Positions 24,070-35,755 of a stretch of DNA of 64,000 nt are shown here, in pieces. A program made the position numbers and the translations under genes. The stretch comes from Vicugna vicugna (taxonomy: Eukaryota). The notes under the pieces are model-generated. The model saw nothing but the letters and a program-made list of their open reading frames with translations, had not been told where the DNA came from and did no database searches. Positions within the stretch are counted from its first letter, which is position 1, and each line of letters begins with the position of its first letter. The stretch is from contig MU062417.1 in NCBI GenBank assembly GCA_013265495.1, positions 4,712,001-4,776,000 on the forward strand, written 5' to 3'.

Positions 24070-24215
24070 AGGCCTGTGAATCATCAGCTGTGCAGCCTGG
24101 GGCTGTTGTTGAACCTCTCTGAGCCTCTTCCTCATCTGTAAAATGTGATTAATAGTCCAGGCCAAGAGCCACCTGCGAGGACTGATAGAAACAATCAGTG
24201 CTCTGCACCTGGCCT
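24070..24215 (+). mobile_element. MIR SINE
   Basis: aacctctctgagcctcttcctcatctgtaaaatg core. Confidence 0.75.
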
Positions 24216-25074
24216 CGGGGAGGTACACACGAAGTTTTCCCTTTTTGGTACCTACGGGGGACTCCAGCTCTATGGGCAACTCCTCAGGCTCTGGACAGCT
24301 TTCTCCTCCTGGGCTTTACTTATTTTTTCTAGTTGGAGTCTTGAGAGCTGGTGGGTAGACAGCAGAAGGCCAGGTACGTGGCATTTCCTGAGCCCTACAT
24401 CCCCTACCTGGCCAGGAACATCCCCTATCTCGTAGGGTTGATCATCGGTCAATCTTGGGGTGCAGCAGACCCTGCAGAGGGGTCCTGAGCCTACAGCTGA
24501 CCCCGGGGGTGTGGAGGGCAGGGAAGGGGGCAGGTGGCCCAGAGGCCAGACCAGGCCGGAGTGGGGCTGTTTGCCATCTCCCCCAGGCTGCTCATAACAG
24601 GGCAGAGACAACAATGGTCAGGAAAAGGCACCATTACAATGAAGCAGAAAAATGACTGAAAAGTCAGTCCTTCTCGGGGATCTTCAGAGAACGGTCAGAA
24701 AGGAACTAAGTGATGAAGCAGATTTATTCAAGGGACAGGAGCAGCAGAAGAGTCACATCCTTGATGGTGACAGAATGGAAAGGGTTTTCCTTCCTGAGCT
24801 GTCGCTGGCTTTGCTGGGGGTGAAGTGTCAGTGGCTAGTAGTTAGAAGGAGCATCACCAAAGGACCTCTTTCTGGGCCAAGGAGCTGCACTCAGGCCAAG
24901 ACCTCGGATGAGTAGGGCACACGATGGTGGGGCCCAGAGCAGGTAAGGCAAGGTGGTGCAGCTGTAAGGGACCATTCAGTCCACATCCCAGGAAGCCCTC
25001 GGGGTCTCCCATCCACGTTAATAAAATGATAGACCCTCTTAAGAGGAAATGTTCATTATGCATTGGTGTGTGTC

Positions 25075-25160
25075 CACGCAGCAGCCCTTGAGGAAGGTGT
25101 GACCTGCCCCAGTTTTACAGAAGAGGAGACTGAAGTGCAAGGTGGCCTCAGGTAAGGGCG
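25075..25160 (-). mobile_element. MIR SINE fragment
   Basis: ccccagttttacagaagaggagactgaag, the reverse MIR core. Confidence 0.65.
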
Positions 25161-26573
25161 AGGATGGCCTTCAGCCCGTTGGTCCCAAAGCCCACTTCTA
25201 ACCTGGCCAGCAGGAGCCCACCCTGCTGCTCAGTCTGCCTCCCTGGTGGTCCTTCTCAAGTGAAGAAAGAATTTTCATGCAGAAACAGAAAGGATGTGAA
25301 CAGGGCACTGCTGACATTGACATTTCACCGAACTCTGGTTCTTTCCAGTGCCTCCCTGACCACAGGTAATCATGAAGGAGTCGTGACCAGCATTTTTAAA
25401 AAACTTGACAAAATAAAATAGAAACTACTGGAATGCATTGCGTTGACAGAGGGTGTAATTTCCTGGCCCTCCAGTTTCAGGCATGTCTGGCCCTTTACTG
25501 GGTCATGGCGGAAATGAAACTGAATGTCCTTCTGTGGGTGGGGTTGAAAAAGTCTGACCCCTGCTCTTCTCTCCTTGGTGCTTCCCCGCTTCCCATCCCA
25601 AATCTGTGTGGGGACCACAGCACAGCCCTTCCAGTAAGAGCTAGGTTTAGATCCCCATGTCTCAGCTCTGGCTGTGGGAGCCCCAGCAAGCACCTTCCCT
25701 CCTAAACCATGTCTTCTACCCTCAAAATATAAGGTTCCAGCTATACCGTCTCTAAGTCCCAATATTCTGTGATCCTGAATGTCCACCAACTACTTATCTG
25801 CAAACTGCAAACTGACAGCAGGTGCCTTAACGTCTGATTTTTATCTTCTGAACATAATTCACAATACATATGCCAATGAATTCCCCCCTGGTTTTCCCTA
25901 CGTCCTATTGAATGTAATTCTGTAACAGATATGCTGACTAAATGTGACCATTTTTTCCCATGTTCTTATTTAATAATACAGTCTTAAAACTCTCATTTTC
26001 TCATCTTCATTTTAAAACTTGAGAGTCTGGGGGAGGGGAGGGGAAGAACTATAATTTTCCACCCGACTTCTTTGAGGAATAACCACAGCTACAGTTCAGT
26101 TCTGTGTTCTTTTCTTTTTCTCACACACACAGCAAGGCAATTTTCAAAGTTTCCTGAAAATGAGGACCCACCGGCCTCCCACCCATGTCTGGGTGGAGAG
26201 TGGATGAGAGATGGTCCTTTAGAAAGGGCAGGCTGGGGTGGTGCTGGTCCTCTCACCACAACAGGACTTTTAAAGCTGTCTGTGATAGGAAAGACTGTCT
26301 CAGTGGTGACAATGTCATGGATCTTAAAGTGACCGCCGCCCTTTTCCCATTTCCCCTCTCAACACTCAGAATATCCCCGTTCACAGATAGGCTCCTGGCC
26401 TTGCTCTCCCGGGACATCTTATCAACACAAGGCAAATGTTGCCCAGCAAGAAAGTCTGGGGTCATCTGAAGGTCCTTTGCCTTTGAGAACTTCCCTCAAT
26501 GTGAGTGTTGACCTAAAAAATGCCCCTAGAGATGCTGAGCAGTATTTACAATTTACCTAAGTGAGCTTCTTAC

Positions 26574-26679
26574 CCTGGGACTCCCTGCAAAGACCCAGGT
26601 CCCAGGCCTGCTGGCTGACACCTGACGCCACAGTCGGGCTGGACCCAGTTTGCGGCCCCTTCCATGCTCTCTGCTCCAT
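26574..26679 (-). CDS. DUSP4: Candidate alternative first coding exon (1b) of DUSP4
   Basis: ATG at 26679 opens MEQRAWKGPQTGSSPTVASGVSQQAWDLGLCRESQ+G and ends at a strong phase-1 donor CAG G|gtaaga, in frame with exon 2. The last 23 codons resemble my recollection of the human isoform-2 N-terminus. No expression evidence here. Confidence 0.45.
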
Positions 26680-29600
26680 TCAGCCAAGAGTCAACATTCC
26701 TTCCTGTCAACCTTCCTCTTTGTTAGGCGGAACTGCTTCCCAAAAAGGAAACCAGATATCTGGTTTCAGATGTTCTGATTTGTTCAAGGAATTTCTTGGT
26801 TCCTTAAAAATGCCACCTTCTCTTCCTCCCTCAGTCCTCTGTGCAGCGCACCTTGGTGAGGACAGCCCACCTTTCCAGAAGCATCCAGGACCAGGCTGTC
26901 ACTGTCAGTTTACACCTACGCCCTGTCTTTAGTTGCTTGGTTGGTTGGAAGCATCCAGTTCAAATGATGCAAAGAGTAGTGAGTTTGCCTCATTCCTTTA
27001 ACTCCTTAATGCCTGACCGCAGGGGTTAGAAATTTACCTTTAAGGCCTACCATTTTTTGTAATTCTAACAATTTTCAGCTTCCATGGGCATTGTGTCCTA
27101 TTTGCAAGGAGAAAAGCCAGTCCTTTTCCTTTGGGTGAAAGAGGTGTTCGACCTTAGCATCCCTCAGAGCTGTGCTGTTTGATGCCACTGACCTCCTGGA
27201 AATGAGGATGGGCGGGGCAAATGGACATGGAGTGAGAACAGGCAGAAGGCCTGACCCCCACCCACAGCATTCATGATGGGCCTCGGTGGCTGATTTCTCC
27301 AGACATGCAATGTCCGAGTCTGTATCTTCAGGTCTGGGGATGACTGGGAACGTGAGTTCCAACCTGGAGGGAGAAGCTGGAATATCTGATCTTCCCAAGT
27401 TCTCAAAGCAGCTCCGGAACAGCTTTGAAGTCAGAACTGGAATAATACGTGACAAAGGGCACGGGCTGAGATGAACTTTAGGCAAGAGGAAAAGTAAGGT
27501 AATGTTTTTATACCTGAAATCATCATAACTGACTGATGAGTTATTTGGGAATGTGAGAGGTAAAGAATGACTTCTGTTGGGGTAAGAAAATGTTCTTTTT
27601 GTCTTTTTCTACTGATCGGGGGCAAGGGAGGTGGTGAGGGGTGTCTAAAACTCTAATCCAAGGATCTTTGACAGAGAGAAAAAGGGGCTTCTAAGGGGAT
27701 GTGTACTCTGATAAAAACTGGAAAGCTGAAATTTCTAAACTCTCCCTAAAAATCTTACATGATTTTAAATAAAATGAGCTTAAAAAAAAAGTTCATCCCA
27801 AAGGGTAACTTTTACTACCTAACAGACCAGAAAATGTGATTTGGGTTACTGCTTTTGGCAAAACTTGGATAATATTATGAAATATAAAGGCCAGGCAGCA
27901 TTTCGTTGATACTAAGTAAAGTTTATTCTTAAGTATGAATTCTTGCCTGTGGTATTAATTATTAACTACCTGCAGTGAGTAACCAACTGCCCTTTAAAGT
28001 GGCAGAAATAGAAAAATTGGCTTTTTTAATGCAAGTAATTGGTAAGAATGACGTAGCCTGGGGCCAGGAAGGATAACAGACCTTCTAGAAATACCCAGCT
28101 GTTTTACTGTCCCCCCTAGGGTGGCAGACACCAGCAGTCTCCCACTGGCGTTGCGTCTGACCACTTTTACTCCACACCCACCACTGCACATGAAATGAGA
28201 CGCACACAAAGGCCCACTAGCTGCAAAACAGAAGGAACAACTCTGGTGGGAAAAAATTACCGAAATTACCCAACCCCTAATCAGCTCAGGCACTTACTAA
28301 AGATAATCTAAGGGGCTTGTCTCCCCCTGTTTCCCTTTAGTTTCCTGCCCCCAGAACCCCCTTGCAGGAACCCCCATTTCCTGCCTTCCACTGGCTTCTC
28401 CAGGGAACCGGGAAGCAGGAGGCATTGCTGCCCTCCCCAGACGCACCTTCCCGCAGCGCTGTGGGAGCAGACACTGCCCATTTCTTTCTGCCCTTGCTAG
28501 GGATGCCTTTTCAATAGAAGGCAGAGAGAAGGAAGAGGAACTGTGTTAAGACTTCCTCTGCTTAGCACATAAATGAAAATAAGCTAAATTGTATAGAATA
28601 TGACCCAGTTAACCTCAAAGATGTTCTACCACCACTGCAGAACAAGCTGGAAGGACTCTCCGCCCCCGTGAATTTTAGGCGGCTGCTTCCAAAGGCAGGC
28701 TCCTTTCGCTTAGAAAGACCTTGCGGTACCTCTCCTGCCTCCTCCCGGGGTGGGGGTAGGGGCTGCTGTTCATGAAGAGAGAGAACTTCGACCCAGCGGC
28801 TCAGGCCTAAACGCTCCCCATCTCAGAGGATGTGGAGTTCGAGATACAGAGGGCCATCCTCTCTGCCCGCACCAGGTCAGACAACAGGAGGCAGTGCAGG
28901 CCTCGGGAGGAAACAGCCCTTAGATCACTCCTTTTCCGGTGGTCTGGCACCTTGCCAACCGCCAGGGGACTGTCGTTTTACCCAGAGGCTGCCCGTCCTA
29001 CCCCGTCTTCACATTGGCATGTGCCTCGCGCCGGGTGGCCGGTCTGCGGAGAGGCTCTCGGTACCGATCTGGCTCCGGGCTCTCCCAGCGGGATTCGGGG
29101 GAATCAGGGAAGGGCCGGGAGCCCGAGGAGGAATCCTTAAAAATCTGTCTCCCTTCCCGGGAGTGGGGCCTAAGTGTCTGCGCACCCGGAAACCCTAGGG
29201 CGGTCCTCTCCGATTCCTTCCAGGAAGAAAAACAAAACGAACCCAGACTCCACGTGTGTCTACCCCACCTCGAGAAGGCTCCTGGGTTCAGGGACCGCGA
29301 AGGCAGGCGCGCCGTCGGGCTCCAAATCAGGAGCGACGGAGAGCAGCGCGGCACCGAGAACACCGCGGCCAGCCCCTGCCACTCGAAGGGACTTTCGTCC
29401 CTGAGAATTTCTCTCATCGTCCCCACGAGCGCCAGAACCAAGGCAAGGGAGGGCGGGCGGTGTGCTCAACAGCCCGGACCCCACCTCGGAGCTCTGCCTA
29501 GTCGAGGACCGCAGGGCTCCCGACACAGCTGGCGGCCCGGCCGCCGGGGTCCCAGGCCCCTGCGCCCTCCTCGCCCCGCTTAGCAGTCGGTCCTTCCGGT

Positions 29601-30963
29601 GCAAGGCCCTTCCTGGCACTTTCTCTTAAAGCGCTTGGAGGCGAAGGGAGGAGGGTTGGGCTCAACTGGAGGTGCCAAAGGCCGCCCTCGCAGAGAAAGA
29701 AAAATCAGCAAAATCGCCTTAGTAGTTCAACCAAAGGTCAACAGCAGCATTTCCCCAGCAGCTGACAGGTCAAATGGCCAGGAAACAACTGCCGAGAACA
29801 AAGCCCCCCGCTGTTCACGGGGGCAAGCCCGGCCTGCCGGCTCTGAGCAGTGTTGTGCTTTTTGGAAGGGGTGGTGGAGAGGGCTTTCCGCCGCGCCTCC
29901 CGCCCCATCTCCTTTCCTTTAGCGGGAGCGTATGGGGGGGGGAGGACAGGAGGGAGGGGGCCGAGGGCGCTGGCAGGGAAAGGGGCGGCTCTTTGACGGC
30001 CAGGGTCCGAAACGCCTCTCGGCTTGGGAGGCGAGGACCCACCGAAGGCGAAGGAATGCACGGAATGCAGCGCGAGAGGAAGGGGCGCCCCTACCCCACG
30101 CGCCCTGCCGGCTCCCTGCCGCCCGACACAGCCTGGCAGGTGCGGCCAGCGCTCGGTGCCTCCAGGTGCTTGGGTAGCCCTCTGCCCTTGCAGGGTTTCC
30201 GACTTGCAGACTTGACAAGACCTCCCCTCCCCAAGAGTTTCGCACTTACACACGCGCCGCCATCTGAGAGTCGGGTCTGAACAAAAGGTCAGACTTCTCC
30301 GCGGCCTCAGTTTAAGAGGCCCAGTCCCGCCTTGCGTTCCCCCAAATAATCGGACCTCCAGCCTCCCGCTCCCGGAATCTGGGTCTGGCTCGAGGCAGGA
30401 GGGGTTGGCCACCTCCCAGTGGAGCTCGGACTTGGACAACAGGAGGGGACATACAGATCGCTTCACACCATCGGCAGGGCCGATCCTACCCCGGCGCTCA
30501 CCCTCCTTCACCCCACTTCCCAAGTCTCGGGATCTCTAGGTCGGACTCAGTGCGGGGCCCGGACACGCCAAACCAACAGGCCTAACCTGTCCCCCTCTCC
30601 CGCACAGTTGCACTTGGAAGCACTTCCCTGGACTGGAAGGTGGGCAACGCAGCCGAGCCGCTTAGCCCGCGAGGGCAGACCGTTAGTGGGTGTAAACAAA
30701 CAGAATCGCAGGGCAGGGTGCAGAATTGCAGGTGTCGGAGGCCACGCGCCCTCACCGCCTCTGAGGAGTTCAGGAGCTCGCGCCTGCACACAAACGCACA
30801 GAATCCTTGCACATCCGTGCACACACCAACACGCACAAAGGAGTGCGCGGGGATCCCTCAGCCACGAGTCCCCCCCCCCAGGCACTTCTCCAGCTCACTA
30901 AGGCGCAGGCCGCCGAGCCCCACCGCACTGACCCTCCAGCTCGCGCCCGGCGCCCGCGTTTAC

Positions 30964-31396
30964 CTTTGAGCAAGCAGATGTCGGTGCGCTCGGCGTTGCG
31001 GCGCAGCGCCTGCACCACCAGAGACACCGTGCTGTCCTCACGGAGGCTCTCGGCGCGCGGGCTGCGCTCGTCGTATACGATGACCGCGGAGTAGAGGCCG
31101 GAGCGCAGGCGGGCGCGGACCTCCTCCTCAGCGGGCAGGATCTGCTCCAGGCTCACAGAGCCCTTGGCCCGCCGCCGCACGATGGTGTTGCAGCGCACGT
31201 TGACGGAGCCTCGGATGTAGCCCGCGCTGTGCGCCAGGAACGGTCTGCAGTCTAGCAGCAGGCACTTGCCGCCGCTCAGCAGCCCCAGGGCGCCGTGGCC
31301 GCCGCTGCCGCCCGCGCCACCGCCGTTCTCGTCCCGGTTCATCAGCCTTTTCAGCACGCTGCAGTCCATCTCCCGAAGCTCCTCCATCGTCACCAT
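30964..31396 (-). CDS. DUSP4: DUSP4 coding exon 1 (rhodanese/CH2 domain with MAPK-docking motif)
   Basis: Kozak gcgaccATGg; MVTMEELREMDCSVLKRLMNRDENGGG...LLLDCRPFLAHSAGYIRGSVNVRCNTIVRRRAKG...TDICLLK+G; donor AAA G|gtaaac; 433 nt. The four exons sum to 1185 nt (394 aa plus stop). Confidence 0.99.
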
Positions 31397-31790
31397 GGTC
31401 GCCGGGAACCGCGGGAGTTGGGCACGCGAGAAGGCGAAGGACGCCGGGGCCAGCTGGGCTGCAGGAAGGGGCCGGGCAGGAGCTATGGGAGGGCGCGGGT
31501 AAAAGTGGCCGCAAACTTGGCCCCCAGGGGCTCCCACGGGTGAACCTCTTCTCCCTGGTCCCCTTCCTACCGAAGCCTCGCGGTTACATAGCAGTCCGAG
31601 CGGCCTCGGGCACCAAGCAGCACAGTGCCGAGGGGGAGGTGGCGGTGGAGGGGAGTGTGTTTACAGGAGAGGACCGAGGGCTCCCTTCAGCTGTCGTCTC
31701 TATTGTACTTTGCCCGTTGTGCTGCTTCTGCCGGCACTGCCGTTCCGGCCGCCGTTCTCCACGAACAGCCGGAGCTCCGCACTCTGCCCC
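31397..31790 (-). other. DUSP4: DUSP4 5' UTR (TSS approximate)
   Basis: TSS inferred about 25-30 nt downstream of the TATA-like sequence at 31813-31827. Confidence 0.65.
31584..31589 (-). promoter_or_regulatory. Start-stop uORF (ATG TAA) in the DUSP4 5' UTR
   Basis: Plus ttacat = minus gactgctATGTAAccgc; the only ATG between 31397 and 31800 on the minus strand. Confidence 0.75.
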
Positions 31791-31812
31791 AGCCAGAGTT
31801 TCCTCTCCTAGG

Positions 31813-31827
31813 CTTATAGATTTATTA
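31813..31827 (-). promoter_or_regulatory. TATA-like element
   Basis: Minus strand cattaataaatctataagcc is an AT-rich island in otherwise GC-rich DNA. Confidence 0.55.
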
Positions 31828-31879
31828 ATGCTCCTCAGCTCTCCCCCGGGAGGGGGCAGATTCATTACTACCTCGCGAG

Positions 31880-32175
31880 GCCCCGCCTCTTTCCATTCTG
31901 GGCCTCGCGCCCTGCCCCGCCTCCCGCGCTCGCTCCCCGCCTCCTCTCCGCTCCTCCCGCCCCGTCGGCCCCTCCCCCTCTGCCTGCCCGGGCGCGTGAA
32001 TGGAGTGCCGGCCGCTCGCGCCCAGTCACGAGGACGTGACGTCACAAAGAGCGGAGTAAACAGGGAGAGCGACGCTCGCCGCCAGGCCCATTCATAAAAC
32101 CGAGACCTAGAGGAAGAGGGAGGAGGCCTCCGACCCGCCGGCGAGCTGCAGCGCCCGGACTTTGTGAATGGAGAG
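31880..32175. promoter_or_regulatory. DUSP4 proximal promoter: GC boxes, CRE, forkhead site, two CIC octamers
   Basis: TGACGTCA 32037-32044; GTAAACA 32056-32062; TGAATGGA 31997-32004 and 32165-32172; several cccgcc boxes 31880-31965. Confidence 0.75.
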
Positions 32176-33974
32176 CCGCGGCGCCTCACCCAGGCCTCCG
32201 CCGCGCGCCTCCAGCCGGACCCAGTCGCGGTGTGGCCACCCCACTCTACTGCGGCTGTGGCGGCGAACGGCGGAAAGAAACCGCCATCCGAGAAGCCGTC
32301 CTAGAGGAGGCCTGGACTAGGTTTTGAGATTTCATCCCTCTTTATCTCCGTGCTTCCCGCCTACCAGCCTCTCAGGTGTCCCATTCGTACCCAAGTGGAC
32401 AGGGGAACGCTGCACCGCAATCCAGCTGGCCCAGCCTGGCCCTCCTTGCCCCAGGCTCACGGAGTGCGTTCGGCCGGCCTGGCGTGTTTTTCAATTGCGA
32501 TTCCTCAGACGTTAGCTTCTGCCTGAGCTTGATCGATTTTCATCTTAAACCATTAAATCAGCTTTATAGCTTCCCAAGGAACGTGGGCAAACCCCAACTC
32601 AAGATGAAAGAGAAAGCCCTCCCGCCCCGAAGCCCAGTAATAGGAGAGAGGTGTTGGGTTTGTTGCTTTACAACCCAGAGGGAGGCATTAATTGAATCCG
32701 GAATGTTGTTCCCAAGGAGGAAGGCGGGAGAGCCACTCCCTTCCACGCTTCCTAAAGATGTTTATTTAACCCCGATGGGAGAAAAAAACCCCGACGTTTC
32801 GGCTTTTGGAAAAGTCCTCACCCCATCTTGTACACGTGTAAATTGTTCTTCTCAGGAAATGACAATTAGGGTCCACATTTGGTGCGAAGCTAGACCCAGA
32901 GAAATTGAAGTGTAAAGGATTTAGTATGTTCCGGGGCCGATTCCGGTTTCCTCGCATCCTTCTTTACAGGTCATGTCGCATTTTTCCAGGCCCCGCTTTT
33001 CCTTGTGCATTTAATTTCCCAGAGGCCGTTTCTGGCAGGAGGTGTGTGCGCGCCGCGGTAGGGACACGACAGAAGCCAAAAATTATTCGCCCGACATCTT
33101 GCCAAGTCTTGTTGGTGATTATTAACCACCAAGCGGGGACTCGCTCCAGGCCTTGGTGGCAGCGGGGTCGAGTCTTCCACTCCAGGTCGACCGAAGCGAC
33201 GCCATCGAACCCATGGGGTCCCTCCCTCCCCCGACTCGGCCTTCCGCTCCGCCTTTGTTCCCCGCGGAGCGGCTCTCCGGAGCTGTCACCTCCGCCCCCA
33301 GGGCCACCCCTCCACTCCCCATCTTGGCCTCGGAGGCGGCCTCCACATCCGAGGATCCCCTCCCACTGCACCCAGAATCGCCAACACCCAGCCCAAGCTG
33401 AGTGCGTTGTGAGGCTGGCCGCTTATCCCTGAGGATCCTCCTTTTACCTCGCGTTCCAAAATGGCTCTGCAATGTACTTATCCTGCTCTATTTAGAATTC
33501 ACTATTTTGCTCATCGTGGATTTTTTTGGGCGCTAATTTTAATTGTTTAAAAAGCACTACATTAAGGTATTTATTTTGACCACTGACTTTTGGGCTCCCC
33601 CTTATATTTTTGCTCACTCTAGTCCCCGGCCTGGAACAAGCCACCACTACGGACCCACCGAAGCCGCCAGACACTGAGGAGGGGAGGTCAGCGGTCAGAC
33701 TCACTGCTGGGAAGGGATCTGTACTCCCTCCAGGGGCAAAAGGAGCCTCTGTCCGGTTTCTCACGCACTGAAGCGGTCGTGAGGCTCTGGGTAAAGACTC
33801 GCTCTCCCTAGTACACCAGGAGCTCGACCTTTCCGAGAAGCCCCCAAGCCGCGACCGTTCCGGGCTTTCCCGGGCCGCCCTGGAATCCGGCCTTAGCCAG
33901 GGCCGCTTCCAGAAAAACGCCGATGCCTTTACAAGGGCTTGCACTCGGAAGAGCCTCTAAGTCGGAGGCAAGTC

Positions 33975-34325
33975 CGGGCCAATTGCGCACGTGTCGCAGG
34001 AGGTGGGAGACGTCCCTGGGCCGCACCGGCCGCGCTCTGCTAGCCTTTGTCTCCCTGGCACCGGGGGCTCCTCCCCGCCCAGCGCTCACGTGGCCGGTAA
34101 ATAACAGTCAAATCCGGGGGGAGGAAGATGCCCACCAAAGACTTGCTTTCTGCACCTGACAGTAATCCGTGGTGGTGAAGCCCGTAAATCCCGCAGGCGA
34201 TTCACACGGAAGGGGGCGTGGGCGGGCGCGTGTGAGTGCGTGTGTCCACGTGTGCGCGCCCGCACCCTGAAGGGGAGAGCGGCTTTCACTTGTATTTAAG
34301 CCAAGAGCCGCTTGCAGTACGAACG
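33975..34325 (+). promoter_or_regulatory. Second promoter/enhancer-like module at the far edge of the CpG island
   Basis: CCAAT 33979; CACGTG at 33988, 34087 and 34247; GTAAATA 34097; CGGAAG 34207; GCGTGGGCG 34216-34224; TATTTAAG 34293. Confidence 0.6.
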
Positions 34326-34342
34326 CCTGATTTTTGAAAGAG

Positions 34343-34389
34343 AAAAAACAAAACAGAACAGAACAAAACAAAACAGAACAAAACAAAAC
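34343..34389. repeat. (AAAAC/AGAAC)n pentanucleotide microsatellite
   Basis: aaaacaaaacagaacagaacaaaacaaaacagaacaaaacaaaac. Confidence 0.95.
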
Positions 34390-35659
34390 CTCTCCCTGCA
34401 ACTCAGGAACTGGCTTTCAGCTCCATGAATTTCAGCCGAAGAGATTTAAATTTTGTATTTATCCGGGTCCTCTGTAAGCACCCTAGATATTTTAATTTTT
34501 GGTATTGTGAGTATGCAGGCCATTTGGTACGCAGTTAAATGAATACAATGTGAGGGCTACCGATATTGGCTATAGGGGTGATAAAACCTGTCCCCAAATA
34601 GTATGCAGGGTGGGGGTGGGAACCTTAATCAGTTTACACGCGAACCTCGTGAAACAGGTTGTCAATAAGCAGATCTTACAGAAAACAAAGGCATTTTGGA
34701 AAGAAGACATTGTCATTTCAAAGTTAATTTGACTATGGAAGCCATATCTGCAGGAGTTGGGATGGGATTGCCCAAGGCGATATATTTTATTTATATTCAG
34801 CAGGAAACCTCGGGGTAAAAATACTTTAAACATTCACTGTGACATGTAAATCCAACTTTGCTTTCATCAGACAGTCCTTAGACTGACCTTATTAGTCACT
34901 GTCAAGCTTGGCAAAACCCTTGTTCTTGTTTAAGAACATTTCTTTCCAATTAGGAAGTTGTGTGATCTGGGAATTTAAAGCCCAGGCTAGGATCCCCAGA
35001 GAGGACTGTGGCTTCTATTCTGGTTCTGATGCCAACCTCTGACTCACTGCCCTGTACCCAAGGGCCTGAATAAAACTTGCCTGAAAAATCATTAATGAAT
35101 TAATTAAGGTGGCAATGTAAAGAAATATTCCGTGGGTTCCTCTTTCCTGAGGAGAGAGGGGGACTTGCTTATTACTCTCAGCTGGAACAGGAATGGGCCT
35201 TTTGGTATGGAGCTGTTGGCTAGGCTTCTTACATCAGCTGCTTGGGGAGATTCCCTGCTGGTGGTGGGAATGCTCAAAAGAACTGAGGCTCCTCAAGTTG
35301 AGAAGTCTGAATATACTGTTATGTTTTTAGGCAACTGCTATAGATGGAACTGAGGAAACTCTGTCTTTCCCTGCCCACCTTTGCCCATCAAATCAGGACT
35401 CAAAAGCAACGGAAAATCTTCAGTATTTAGACTGAACATCACCAAGCCACCTCAAAAACAGCGTGAAGCCTTCTTCAGTACTGACTTTGTCATAGATCTG
35501 TTCAGTAGCCTCCATTTATTTTTCTATCCATGATACTGTGGCACTTGCTAATGATTTAAAGTGCTAGGTTTCTAATCCAGGGTCTCTGCAGAAAGGTTTT
35601 TAATACATTGCTTCATTCAGCACTTTATTTTGAAAATGATTCAGCTTAGGCTGTAACAG

Positions 35660-35755
35660 CATCTAGCTTAGTGATCTTGGGCAAGGCACTCTCCCTGGGT
35701 CTCAGTTTCTTCATCTGCAAAATGGAGAGCTTGGGCAGGATGATTTGTCAGATCT
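35660..35755 (+). mobile_element. MIR SINE fragment
   Basis: gtgatcttgggcaag...tctcagtttcttcatctgcaaaatgg. Confidence 0.75.

Larger units (their letters stand above)
28950..34330. promoter_or_regulatory. DUSP4: CpG island over the DUSP4 promoter, exon 1 and 5' part of intron 1
   Basis: Very high GC and CpG density by inspection; boundaries approximate. Confidence 0.9.

Noticed and set aside
27785-27805. aaaagttcatcccaaagg resembling the recalled human isoform-2 start
   Set aside because: It is on the wrong strand for DUSP4; a better, correctly oriented match lies at 26574-26745.
32269-32285. GGCGG-AAAGAAA-CCGCC hairpin
   Set aside because: A 5-bp stem is expected by chance in GC-rich DNA; no tRNA or snoRNA features.
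34343-34389. Regular repeat as a CRISPR-like array
   Set aside because: Simple pentamer microsatellite without spacers, in a mammalian genome.
28830-34401. Many 100-260 aa ORFs on both strands in the CpG island
   Set aside because: Expected from stop-codon scarcity in GC-rich DNA. They are Arg/Pro/Gly/Ala-rich with no domains; only the DUSP4 exon 1 frame is recognisable.
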